Assembly: GCA_030324005.1 (NCBI GenBank)
Contig: JARDVH010000132.1
Span: forward strand, 40,700,265 to 40,764,264
DNA from: Negaprion brevirostris
Taxonomy: Eukaryota
DNA: 64,000 nucleotides
Reading direction: 5' to 3'
In this document: piece after piece, positions 13,188 to 25,500 of the stretch
How positions within the stretch are numbered: the first letter of the stretch is position 1
Layout: each line of letters starts with the position of its first letter
Position numbers and translations under genes: made by a program
The notes under the pieces: model-generated
What the model saw: the letters and a program-made list of their open reading frames with translations, nothing else
Database searches by the model: none
Told to the model about the DNA's origin: nothing

Positions 13188-13405
13188 GGGAGTTGATTAG
13201 CTCCATTGGTTGGTTTGTGACATGGAACAATGCTGACAGCGCAGGTTCAATTCCCATATTGGCTGAGGTTATTAATGAAGGCCCTACCTTCTCAGTCTTG
13301 CCCCTTGCTTGAGGTGTGGTGATCTTCAGGTAACATCACCACCGGTCAGCTCCCACCCTCAAAGGGGAGATCACCCTATGGTCATCTGGCACTATGGCGA
13401 CTTTT
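13188..13405 (+). mobile_element. Ancient tRNA-derived SINE with central hairpin domain (distinct from HE1)
   Basis: TAGCTCCATTGG A-box, GGTTCAATTCCC B-box, and central CTTGAGGTGTGGTGATCTTCAGGTAACATCACCACC. Confidence 0.6.
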
Positions 13406-13524
13406 AACACTACAGTGTTAATTGAATCATACAACCTTAAAGAAGATTATTTGACCCATGATGTCTGAAGCATCTATTAGTCCCCTTCTCAGCTCCTTGC
13501 CTGCAGTCTACAAACATTTCATTC

Positions 13525-13925
13525 TCGTGTATAGGATACAAGACTGGGCAGAGAAGTGGCAGATGGACTTCAACACGGATAAATGTGCAGTGGTCCATTT
13601 TGGCAGGTCCAATGGGATGAAGGAGTATAATATCAAGGGTAGGACTCTTAGCAGTGTAGAGGATCAGAAGGACCTTGGGGTCCGGGTCCATAGGANNNNN
13701 NNNNNNNNNNNNNNNNNNNNNNNNNNNNNNNNNNNNNNNNNNNNNNNNNNNNNNNNNNNNNNNNNNNNNNNNNNNNNNNNNNNNNNNNNNNNNNNTAAGA
13801 GACTTCTGGATGAGTACATGGGATTTAATGGGATTGAGGGTTATAGATAGGCCTGGTAGGTTGGGATATGATGGGCGCAACTTGTGGGCTGAAGGGGCTG
13901 TTTGTGCTGTTATGTTCTATGTATG
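13525..13925 (+). mobile_element. CR1 LINE 3' fragment spanning a gap
   Basis: DWAEKWQMDFNTDKCAVVHFG...KDLGVRVH, and tail GGGCTGAAGGGGCTGTTTGTGCTGTTATGTTCTATG. Confidence 0.9.
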
Positions 13926-14381
13926 TATCTATTTCTATTTTGAAACTATTAAGTCTGCTTCCACCGTCCTTTCAAGTCACACATTCCAGATCAATATAAC
14001 ACAAGTTTTTTTTCAGCACTTCATTGAAAGGGTTAACCTAAAGTTCTAAAAACTTGCTGTTGTGTGACTATAGATAATTTGGCAATGTGACTTTGATGTG
14101 CTCAACTCAAAAAAGAAGAGGTTTATGATGAATGCACTCTATTGGTATGAAATGGCAGGCTATTAGCAGCAAGAATGTGCTAGGGAGCTGCTGCAGGCGG
14201 GCAGCAGAGAATGCAACAGTTAAACTTTACGGGGAATAGTTTAAGGGACACGTGTTACTCTGTTTCAAAAGCAAGTAATAAAAAGTAAAATAGCCAAACA
14301 CCCATGATCTATTCAATCTTGCCTTTTCAATGATTTGATGCAGAGGGTTGCTGCAGAGGCATCAGCAATGATGAATATTCA

Positions 14382-15213
14382 GGGAGCGATCTTACCAAAA
14401 ATTTCTAAGTGCCGAACAAGCGTGAAAATGGGAGAGTTTCAGGCATGTTCTTTCGGTGAAAGAGAAACTAAAATCTTGTGAGAATAAGATGAGGCAAAAA
14501 GTGATTCTCACCAGTAGCAGGAGTGGACAGAGTTTATTCATATCAGGAAGGTGACTGCTAGAGGGTGCCATTGCACATGCTTCTGATCTCCCAATGCATT
14601 AACTGTACAAATGTACACAGTTAGTGCACTGGGAAGTATCTCACTCCCACTAACCAGCAGACATCATACCCCCAGTCAATTGCCCCCCCAAATCCGTGGC
14701 CGATTGCTGCCCTGTTTTTTTTCCACCCACCCAGTCGATTGCTGCCCTGGCGATCCTACATTGAAGAGCGCACAGCTCCTAAAGCTCTGCCTCCCCTTAG
14801 GTCCTGCCCCTCCCCTTAGGCATTCCTCTCTTTAAGCCCCCCCTCCCCGTGGCATGACCTATTGCTGGGTGGGCACTGCCAGGCTGGCAATGCCAGGTTC
14901 AGCAGCCTCTAATCCTACCAGTGAGGCCATCATGTCTGGTTCCTATTGTGGGGGCCATACATGATACTTATCAGTGAGGACCGCCACCAACAACACTGTT
15001 ACGTGAGCCCAGTTTATTACCTCCCGGGCTCCCTAATATTTAAATTAGAATTTAAATATTAACCTTACTCGTCTACCTGCTGATTACTGTCAGATTGGGG
15101 TTCGTAAGATTGCGAAGGTGAGAAACCGGGCACATGTCTAGTTTTTAGCCCCTCTCGCGCGTACCGGCTCACACGCTGATCGACCAATGTGATGGGCCAG
15201 TAAGATTGTTTCC
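14382..15213. mobile_element. Non-autonomous Harbinger/PIF-like DNA transposon
   Basis: TIRs GGGAGCGATCTTACC and AGTAAGATTGTTTCC (11/15 matching), flanked by a 3-bp TCA duplication. Confidence 0.7.
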
Positions 15214-15732
15214 TCAAACACTGCTGCTGCCCACCTAATAACCAGTATCGGAGCCTGATTGTGTTGCTGCTGGAATGTGTAATGAATTATTTTAATACAT
15301 TTATTACAGCAACTGGTGTCATATACAAGCTGCAGGGAAAACCACAGTAAATGCTAGAGGCCTTACTCCAAATCTAGTAAGGGGCACCATTAGACATCCT
15401 GAGATGTATGTTACACTGTGCTTGACTGACCATAAAATAAATGACAATGTCCCAGCTTATTCTAAGTTTCAGCTCCAAAAGTGATCGCTAACTACTTGCT
15501 TCCGACACAGCAGTAAGAAGCTAATCTATATATTCACAATGGTATGGAAGATCCAGTAATATTTCATTGACATCCAGCCATTAATGTCAGGCAAGTTCTA
15601 AAATAGGCAGCAAGTTTAGAAACTTCGTCCATCATTTGTAACTCACTGAATAACAACATAAAAACAGCATTTCATTTCAGAGACAATATTAACAGAGAAG
15701 TCAGTAGAATCCAATTTAACGGGAAGTAAATT

Positions 15733-15738
15733 TTTATT
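15733..15738 (-). promoter_or_regulatory. Candidate ADAM22 polyadenylation signal AATAAA
   Basis: TTTATT on +, at the distal end of an AT-rich block rich in TGTA on the - strand. Confidence 0.45.
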
Positions 15739-18704
15739 AAGATAATATATTACAATAGTATTGGTTCAGAAAAACATAAGAATTAATCTCAAACTGCGCA
15801 TTATATACAAGTGTGATAATGTACATGGTCAATTGAAGGTTAACATTCAGCCAAAGAAAATGAGTTGTTTCCTAGGTCAATATGTGATCAGCAAGTAACA
15901 TTCCTTAATTGGTGCTACATTCTATAACTGTTTCATAAAAGCATATGAAAGTAGTGTAAAATGGACTAAGTGAATAAATGTAAATGGGAACAGTTTTGTA
16001 CAATGTTACGCCAACTGTTTCACTCAATCACATAAGCATACAGCCGGCCCGTTACAATGGCATCTACAACACTACAGCCAAAGACAAATATTGAAGTTGA
16101 TCTCATTTTCAAAAAAGGCATTTCATAAATTATAAGGTGACATGACATTGTTACCTTTTTGACATGCAGAATATATGTTAAATTCCAAACAATATTTTAC
16201 AGTATGGTGCATTGGTGCAAAGAGTACAGTGAGAGCAGCTGAAAATAGAAGGGACAATTTATCATACATTTCAATACCCTGTAATAACAAATAAGTATCA
16301 AATGGAAACTTTTAGCCATTCTAATTGTTTCACAGAAATGTACTTTGTGTTATATAATGGCATATTTTAATATCTACAAAGCTAACTAATTCTACATATA
16401 CAAATTCACATCATATTGATAACAGTGATGCAGTGCAATACAAGGACTACAGCTGACTGTCATATCTGAGCAAAAGTGGAAAGATTGATTCTCTGTATTT
16501 AGCCTGTACCAGTGAGTGGTCTAAGTGCCCCTTAATAAGACTCTGACAATGAAAATCAAATGCTGCAATTGATCCCAGACCACCCTGTCTGCTTTGATGA
16601 AACTGATTTTGAGACAAATTCTTTAAAACAAAAACCCAAATGAATGGTATGAATATCTGACACAATATTTGCACTTCGATCAATGAAATCGTCTGCCTAC
16701 TCTTAAAAGTTAAATTAACATTAAATTATGAACCCCATTACCTTCACTTTCTAGAAAATGTTAGCACTCTCTTTGTAGATGGAGATGATCAGAAACTTTA
16801 AAAAAACATAAAAATATCCTTGATGGGGGACATCAAAAATCACAAAAATGTTTTAGAACTTCCCTGGAGGTGCTCCCTCAATGCACACTATGACTGGAAG
16901 TGCAGCAGAATAATTATTTGACTGTCAATGGTGTATCTGCTGAAGATTCAGTGGTGGAATGGGAGCAGTTCTTAAGGAAATTCTGGACCCTTTTTTGCCA
17001 TCTCGTTAAACCTATCAAAAAGTGTGAGCAGAAAGATTGCAATTCTGTCATTGTAGCCTGAAAACAAATCAGTCAAAGTGTAACAGCGTTAGAATCACAC
17101 TTAACTGAAGCAATCTGATATAGCCAAGGTATACGTATAGATTCAAAAAACAAAGGGATCCCAATGATACAGCCAATGAGAATCTGAAGTATACTACCAG
17201 ACAATTAAATAACTATTACTAAATGATGTGAAATTTTTAAAAAATGCTCAAACTACTGATAATTGTGTATCTATCCTTTTTTATGTAAAACTAGAGGAGC
17301 TGAAATCTATGTAGAGTTCAATTTGTTATCCACTATAACCAATGGGAAATTGAACAACAACTTTGAAAACAGTGTACATCTGGTTGTACCCATCTGATCC
17401 TCAAGAGTTCCTGCTCCTCAGTCTCCACTGGGACCCAAAATATCAGTGCAAGAATGCACAATTACTTAAACCGTGATTCCAGTTTACCTGCCAGGATCCT
17501 GACCTGAGGAATTTTGGGGCTAATTACATAATTTACCAATTCAAAATCCTTAGCTTAATATTTCATAGGAGAATAATCAGTGATTGACTCAGTCACTTGC
17601 CTGTCTGAATTGATAGTCAAGATTAGCAGTCAGTTTGCACAAATATCACACATACAGAGAATTACCCACAAATGATTCAAATGAAGATTGTAAATAAACA
17701 GCTATTAATTACAACAGTTCACTATTGAGTCGTTACTAAATAAAAAAAAAGTTAGGATGGGTAGCCAAAAGCTTGGTTAAAGTGGTCGGTCTTAAAGAGA
17801 GGGAGGTGGTGAATCAGTGGGGTTAAAGCAAGGTATTCCTCAGCATGCAGCCTAGACAGTTGAAACACAGCCAACAGTAGTGGAGTGAAAGAAGAGATAA
17901 TGCACAAACGAACCCACATCAGAGAGACAGGGACTGTAGGGAGGCATCAGAAGAGGTTCTGATGAAGCCTGAGGTAGCAAGGGTTGGAGGATACCATGGT
18001 GGGGAATATGCTTGAGTGCAAACATTGGAGGAAGGCACAAAGATGGAGAAGAGGTGAGGCAATAAATGGATAATGCATGAGAATTTTAATTTGAAATGCT
18101 GCCAAACAGCCGATCAGCAAAAACAGAAGTAATAAGTTAGCATGACTTGGTGCAGGCTACAATACAAGTTAACAGATTTTTAAATGAGTTGAAGATTCAG
18201 AAGGATGAGGATGGGAGCCAGAGAGGAAAGCAATGAAATAGTCGAGTCTAGAGGTACCAAGGGCTGAGCGACCCTTTGTCCAAATCCTTTGTGATTGGTA
18301 AAGATAACCTGGAGAAAGCAAAACTTGTATAAATGATCAAAAATGAAATGTTAGTGAAATATACCTGTAAATTCCTGTGGCTCTTCAAGATAAAACGTTC
18401 CAATCTGTAGGAGCAGCATTATCACAAGCACAGCAGTGTTTCAAGAAGGCCAGTTTGTAGTGCAATAAAAATTGGCTTTTGCCAGTAACATCACCCATAT
18501 CCAAGATCAATCAATAGTCTTGTCTAATAACCAAACTGACTTCAAGAGAATTGTAGCATTTGAATTTCCTCAGTTGAAACCATGTACACTTGCTGTGGAC
18601 AATCTTAGGTTAATATATACCTAGCATTAATCTTAATTTGTGATTTAAAAATACAACAATGGATTTCAAAAGCAGTGAGATAATGCTAACCTAATAGCCA
18701 ACGT

Positions 18705-18958
18705 AAGACAGAGACGAGGAGGAATTTCTTCTCTGCTGAGGGGCTTTGGAACTCATTGCCACAGAGAACTGTGGGGGGCAGAGCCCTCGTATGTATTTAA
18801 GGCTGAGATAGATTTTTGATCAGTAAGGGAGTTAAGGGTTACAGGGAAAGGGCAGGAATGTGGATATGAGGAATATCAAATCAGCCATGACTATATTGAA
18901 TAGCGGAGCAGGGTTCAGGGTGCCTGTGGACCTATTCCTGTTCCTCTTCCTTATGGTG
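18705..18958 (+). mobile_element. CR1 3' fragment
   Basis: GAGACGAGGAGGAATTTCTTCTCT...AAATCAGCCATGA...CCTATTCCTGTTCCT tail. Confidence 0.8.
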
Positions 18959-20853
18959 TTAACACAAATCATTCATTAGGCCACAATTAGAATATTGTTG
19001 AAAATGGATAGGGTGCAGAAGTAATTACAAAAGAGATAGCAGAGTAAAGAGGGACTAGATATTTCACTAGAATAAAGAAGGTTGGGAGGGAATCTGTTGA
19101 CAAATTATGAGAGGTTTTATAATGGTGAATAGGAAAGGACTGTTCCTACTAATCAGTGAGTCTCTTTTAGAGGACATCCATTTAAGATATCAGAAAAGAA
19201 CAATGGGAGAGGTCAGGAGAGCAAACATAGTGCAGAAATTTCTTGGAATCCCCTGTTAAAAAACATGAGGAAGCATCTATAGCAGCTTTCAAAAGAGGAA
19301 GGAGGAGGGGGAAATGACAGAGTAATAAGATCAAGGGAACAGTTTTGTCAGAGTTGTTTATATGAATAATCTCTGCCTGAACTATAATATTCCGTAAATT
19401 AGAATTTTTTTTTGTGTTTTCGCCAATGTATTGTTAGTTGAGCTGTTTCAGAGAAAGACCTGATTTTTGTGATAAATGATGCCACAATATCTGGTTCACA
19501 AACAGGGAGAAAGCTGACAGAAACATTGCTGTTGATATGCTTTATAAATGTTTAGAATATTTCCCCAGCTGATGCAGATACACTGATGGTTTTCCTGATG
19601 GAATTAGTCACTGTTCTTATTAAAAGAGAAGTTATGGAAATCACTCATTCGTCTGGGCTGAGTACATTGCTTGCTGCAAAGTAAGGCATATTAAATTAGC
19701 TGTACAACATCAATCATATTCATTGAACAATTGCAGTATGAATACATGATACCTAGATGCAAAGTTATATTGTATGGCCAAAAGAGGCTAACAGTAAAGG
19801 CACACCCTGGCCCTTTGTTCAATAACAGTGTCTAACTTTTGGTATTTTACATTTATTTTGCTAATTTTACTTGTATGTGTACAATACATAGTCATGAATT
19901 GCAAATTCCAAAAGTTCTCACTTTGAACAATAATTATGATTACCGGTGATCTCTATTAAACAAAATTATCATCCTACTTATCTGGAAATGATTGATAATT
20001 GTACTTGCCACAGTTTAAAAGAGATGCAACCCTTGTACAAGTCACCAAATCAATCAGATTAACTATATTATTAAGCCAGAAGTGACCTTGTTTCAGTTTA
20101 CCGTGACAAACATTCACTGGTTGATGTTTGTCAGGTAATGTGGAAAAACTGTACATATTTACAAAACACTTTCAGAGCAAGCATTTCTGCAAGTATCAAA
20201 GATATGATTAGAAACAGACCTTTCTGGTCTTCAGTTGCATACACCATTTCTTTTCACAAAACCCCTTACAAATGCAAATGTTTTCATTTATCCTGTAATA
20301 CAGCTCAAACCAAAGCAGCTTTTGGCAAAATCATACATTTGTTTTTGTTTCTGCAAGCAACATCTTTGCTATAGACTAATGGAATTGGTTTCAGAAGGGA
20401 TTCATGCATTCAGTGTTATTCACTGCAGTGTGTGCATAGGGGCGTTCAACCGAACCTTGTTGAAAAATGGTTTCTCTCAATCTTCTTCCACAGTTCTAAG
20501 CACCATAACAAATGAGAATAAGTGGCGAGTTTTTTTTAATTGTCTGTTTCAGGATGAGTTCTCATCCCCAGATCATTGTATCAGTGCTGTATTTTCCACA
20601 AGAATGCTGACTCTTCATCATAGAATGTCAGTTGTTTTATTAGCAATGAATCAGAGTCTTCTCAGTATTTTCTGTTTAGTAGCCCTGGCCTTTCTCTGAA
20701 GATAGCAAAGTATGTACTTCTGACTCCTATCTTCCAAAAACCTCACTGAGGCTCCAGAGAGCCATTAATTAAAAGACATTGGCATAAGGCTGCCAGTTAT
20801 AAAAGTGGAAGAAAATGGAAATCTTTCGTGGCTCAGATCCACTGAATAGAAGT

Positions 20854-20874
20854 CTAAATGGAAGTCTCCCAGAG
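20854..20874 (-). CDS. ADAM22: ADAM22 terminal coding segment LWETSI* (class I PDZ ligand)
   Basis: ttctgtttcttccgcag|CTC TGG GAG ACT TCC ATT TAG. The ETSI terminus is diagnostic for ADAM22. Confidence 0.95.
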   Translation of the reverse strand, partial: LWETSI

Positions 20875-21329
20875 CTGCGGAAGAAACAGAAATATATTTT
20901 AGCAAAGCTTTACAACTCAGACAAAAACTAATAATCTTTTGACAAAAAGGCAACACTTGCTTATTTACATAAATTCTATTTCATTTGCATGAATTCGATC
21001 CTTTTCAGTTCCTAATTCAACTGCATTTCAAATCTTTCGAAATGACAATGCTTTAACAGGCCAACAAATGTAATGTTACTACTCAGAAAGCCAGACAATA
21101 AGCTTCACTGATCTCATATTCTGGTTTGCATTTTAAATACGCTTATTTCTTCAAGTTGAATCATCGTGACTAAAATTAATGACAACAGAGTTTTACAATA
21201 ACACGCCAAAAAAAAATTTAATGTGATTTAAAGATTAATAGGATGCATAGTATCATTTATGAGTCTTACACATGTATGCAGTTGTGCAAGTACACTTAGC
21301 ACTTCATAGACAAATGAAACAGCTCAGTC

Positions 21330-22085
21330 TTTGATTTGATTTATTGTCACATGTATTCACCTGCAGTGATAAGTGTTGTTTCTTGAGCACAATACAAAGC
21401 AGCCTGTACAGAGGAGGAAAGAAAAGAGTGCAGAATGTAGTGTTACAGTCATAGCTAGGTTGCTGAGAAAGATCAGCTTAATACGAGGTAAGTCCATTCA
21501 AAAGACGGATAGCAGCAGAGAAGCTGTTCTTGAGTTGGTTGGTACATTACCTCAGACTTTTGAATCTTTTTCCTGATGGAACAAAGTGGAAGAGAGAATA
21601 TTGTATGTCCAGGATGCATGGGATCCTTGGTTGCTTTTCCGAAGCAGCGGGAAGTGTAGGCAGAATCAATGGATAGGAGACTGATTTGTGTGATGGACTG
21701 GACTTCGTTTACGACCCTTTATAGTCTCTTGCGGACTTGGACAGAGCAGGAGCCATACCAAGCTGTGACACAACCAGAATGAATGATTTCTATGCTGCAT
21801 CTGTAAATGTTGGTAAGAGTCATAGTGGACATGCCAAATTTCCTTAGTCTCCTGAGAAAGTAGAGGTGTTGGTGTGGTTTCTTAACTATAGCGTTGGCAT
21901 GGAGGGACCAGGGCAGGTTGTTGGTGATCTGAACACCTAGATACTTGAAGCTCTCAATCATTGCTACATCATCTTTGCTGAAGTAGACAAGGGCATGTCC
22001 TCTACTGTGCTTCCTTAAGTCAATGACTTTCTCCTTCATTTTGCTGACATTGAGGGAGAGATTATCATCGTCACACCAGTTCACC
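21330..22085 (-). mobile_element. Rex1/Babar-type LINE 3' portion
   Basis: WCDDDNLSLNVSKMKEKVID...HLYFLRRLRKFGMS...YRCSIE...CVTAWYGSC, with an AATAAATCAAATCAAA tail on -. Confidence 0.85.
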
Positions 22086-22099
22086 AGATTGTTATCTTT

Positions 22100-24516
22100 T
22101 GTAAATGGCATAATTCTGTTGTTTGGGATGCTCCCACAAGATCAATATTAACAGGAGCTGCAAATAATGGCATAGGCTATTCGTTATAACTTGCTTCCAA
22201 AGAAATATCAGCGATATCTATAACAGATCAATCAGGCACTTTGGTGCTTACAGCTTCAAAAACATTTCTTGATGGCTTATGCACCCAAACATAAGCACTT
22301 TTATTGGTGTGCTTTAACTACATACAGTTCCAAATACAGTCTTGCGTGGAACTCTTGCATACAGGCTTGCTGCATTTCCAGTCGTGACAATTTTAGAAAT
22401 CTTCTTCTGGCACATAATCTCAGATTCTTTCTCCATCTGAATTACTGATTCTGCTGTCAATCTCAATGTATTTACCTCCTTAGTTAAATTCTGATTGTCA
22501 AACTTCCTTTCCTCAAGCTTTTATTCTCCTGGTTCAATTATTCATTGGACTTGTTCTTATTTTCTAGTTGCTTTTTCACAGAGTTCAGTTTATTCTACAT
22601 TATCTCATAAATTTTTCCTTCTTCACTCCATTTTGTCGATATTTGCAACATTTTTCCAAGTTTTCTATCATTCATTCCATCTTGCTATTTTAATGTCTTC
22701 TCTAGATATTTCATTCTTTTTGCTGATTCCTCTTCTATATTCAATATATTCAGAATATTCAATACTTCCTGGATACTTTTGAAGTCTTCAATTTCTGCAT
22801 TTCTTCCAAAATGAATCCATCATGTTCCTACAAGGCATGTACATTTCACAAATGGCACCTTCATTTCTACTTGTCTTAACTTCAGCTAAACCCTTATTTG
22901 GCTTCTTCACTTGGGTCCATCTCTGAAGAAATATTGTCTTGTTTCCATTCTGCAAATCTCTCATTGATCTTCATTTGGTCATTTATTGTTTCTCATTGCC
23001 GTCTTTCTGAGATTTTTCATTGTCCTTGTCCTTGTAGGGTTTTTCAGTGCCCTCCTTCTGGGGGCTTTGTCAGTGCCCTCTTTCTGGGGTCTTCCATTGC
23101 CTCTTCCCTGAAGTCTTTGTTGCTAACGGACTTTTTTTGAGAGTTGCCCTCTATTTGGGGTCTTCTTCAATTTTCTTGTCCATTGCCCTCTGTTTCTTCT
23201 CATGGTTGCTGCTTTAACTTCATTGCCATTTTAAATGTATTATCACTTTAAATGCATTAAGTCTTTAAATACAATGCTGCTTTAAGACTATCAATGGCAT
23301 AGTGGCACAGCAGTTAGCACTGCTGTCTCACAGCTCCAGGGACCTGGGTTCAATTTCCAGCTTGGGTCACTTTATGTGGAGTTTGCACATTCTCCCGTTC
23401 TCCCCATGTCTTCGGGTGCTCTGGCTTCCTCCCACGATCCAAAGATGTGCAGGTTAGGTTGACTGGCCATGCTAAATTGCTCCTTAGTGTCCCTGAACGT
23501 GTAGGTTAGGGGGATGGGTGGGGTAAATGTGTGGGGTTGGAGCAGGCTCGATGGGCTGAATGGCCTTCTTCTGCACTGTAAGGATTCTATGAACTATATA
23601 TTTTTTAACTGTCAGTAGCTGTTGGTTCTCTCTATGTGCTTTTCCCAAGCTTTTCGAGTTTTGGCGCAAACCTTGCAGGTCCTCCTTTGAACTTCTAAAA
23701 CTTCTCCTTTTTAACCAACAGAAAGCTCTCTCAGCAATCTCTGCAGCATTTTCTTGCTGACCATTTGGTGAATCCATTCTTTATCGATGTGCCAGGTTTT
23801 TTTCTGTCAATTTTACTGCAAAATCCAGTGCTCTCGAGGTCCAAGGGGCTGTGAACAGCTTGAGGACTTAACTTTAGAACTGCAGAACTGCCCCCTCCCC
23901 GACATACCATTGGCTCTGCTTGGATCGGGAGCCCAGAAATCTCAGCCTTCATACTTTCCCGCACTCTGGAAACCAAGCTATAATTCCTCGAGGCTTTATT
24001 TTTTTCACTCAAAGTACTGCTCTATGTACTCTGCGTTCTTTTTAAGAAAAAAAATTGCGGCAACTGTTTGTCCTTTTTAAAACTTAAGTTCCACATTTCT
24101 TAAATACAAAATCATAGCTGTTGCTTCTGAAGGTTATTTTCTCTTTTTTATTTTATATGTTTCTAAACTTCTGACTCGACCGGATAATTGAGATTTTCTC
24201 AGCATCTTTCCCTTAGGGTCCGGCAATATCTCACTCCTCACATGTCTCCGGCCAGAGGCAGTGTCCCCCGTAATCCATCCTGCCTTTGTCGCCAACATAA
24301 TGATATAAGATCATAGACTTCATCAGGAATGCAATGGGTATTTATTACAAGAAAAAACTGCACAGAGGCCGCCCAGGCCCTACATGCCTTCTACATGCTT
24401 TCAGCCCAAAAGAGAGCTCTACCCTCTGGGGTGATAACCCACTCTCAATTCCAATTGATCCCTCAAACCAGGTGACCCAATTCTGCTGTTTTGCCCTTAA
24501 AGGTACAATCACCACA
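22100..24516 (-). mobile_element. 5' part of a decayed LTR retrotransposon (LTR ~24296-24516, PBS-like site, leader/gag-like remnant)
   Basis: LTR-like segment starting TGTGGTGATTGT on -, immediately followed by TTGGCGACAAAGG. Downstream purine-rich decayed ORF. The LTR is homologous to 46265-46502. Confidence 0.55.
23296..23592 (+). mobile_element. HE1-type SINE, near full length
   Basis: GGCATAGTGGCACAGCAGTTAGCACTGCTG...GGTTCAATTTCC...GGCCATGCTAAATTG...CTTCTGCACTGTAAGGATTCTATGA. Confidence 0.9.
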
Positions 24517-25376
24517 ATATTTTTTCATATTTTGTAAAGGTATTGACAGAAGGATAATGAATTCTGATGTAATTTTTGCATAAACAGTTCATAAAAAATA
24601 GTGATTTATTAAACCAAATATTATGCTCTTAGATGGCGAAAACATTTTGCCACCTTTTTGTCTGAATAAAAACATTTCAGGAAGTTCTCATCTCTTACCT
24701 CTGGTACTCTTCATTTATGCATGTACCAGAAGGGTTAGAATTGGAATTTGCAAAACAGAATTTGATCTTTTTTAAATGTGGGAAGTCGGGCGGGGGGGGG
24801 GGGGTGGTCAGAGATTTAACATAAATATACATTAGGGAATTTATTTTCATCACACAGCTTGTAAGATGCCAATTAGCTCATTTAGGTAGACAACTAGGGT
24901 GCGGTTCAGAATAATATCAGCACCCTAGAGTTCAATTTCCCTATTCCAGCTGAGATAGGCCTGAGTCCTGTCTCTTCATACTGCTGTGTAGCAAAATCAA
25001 GGCAGAAGATATGGATTGGGAACCCTCAAATTGACATCCATTTGTTTGTAGTTTACAATACAGCAAACATAGTCTTACTGATGGTTAGAGCAATTAACTT
25101 GGTGCAGAAAGTGAGTTATCATTAGTCAGATCCACTCAGAAATGAGCATGTTACTCTTTCTGGAGCTATTTATACAAAACAATGACACTCAAGAAATAAA
25201 TGATGTTGATTGCAGGTATCTGTGGGTGTTTATTGCAATATTTCATGCCAATTTGCTGCTCCAAATAATGACCCAAGACCAAATAAATTATTTAGGTATC
25301 TACCTTAACCCAAGGCTATTCAAATCTTCATGACAGAAACTGATTGTCCCTTTACATCCCCTGACAGCCTACTTAC

Positions 25377-25500
25377 CCGCGCACTTTGTCGACCAACTTT
25401 TGCCTCTTCATCCGGAAGAGGAGGCATTGGGTATGGGCATTTCCTACTAGAAGCAATGGACCCATTGGATGAAGAATGTGACTTGGAAGGAGACAAAGTC
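25377..25500 (-). CDS. ADAM22: ADAM22 penultimate exon: [41 protein letters not shown]
   Basis: tttcatcttag|G ... CGG|gtaagt, 124 nt. Proline-rich PYPMPPLP motif. Confidence 0.96.

Larger units (their letters stand above)
15715..20853 (-). other. ADAM22: Probable long ADAM22 3' UTR (~5 kb)
   Basis: AU-rich sequence downstream of the stop. AATAAA on - at 15733-15738 (another at 15300-15305). Pumilio-type TGTAHATA on - at 20156-20163 and 15802-15809. The end point is inferred. Confidence 0.5.

Noticed and set aside
20235-20699. 154-aa + strand ORF
   Set aside because: Non-ATG start, antisense to the ADAM22 3' UTR, and no recognisable domain.
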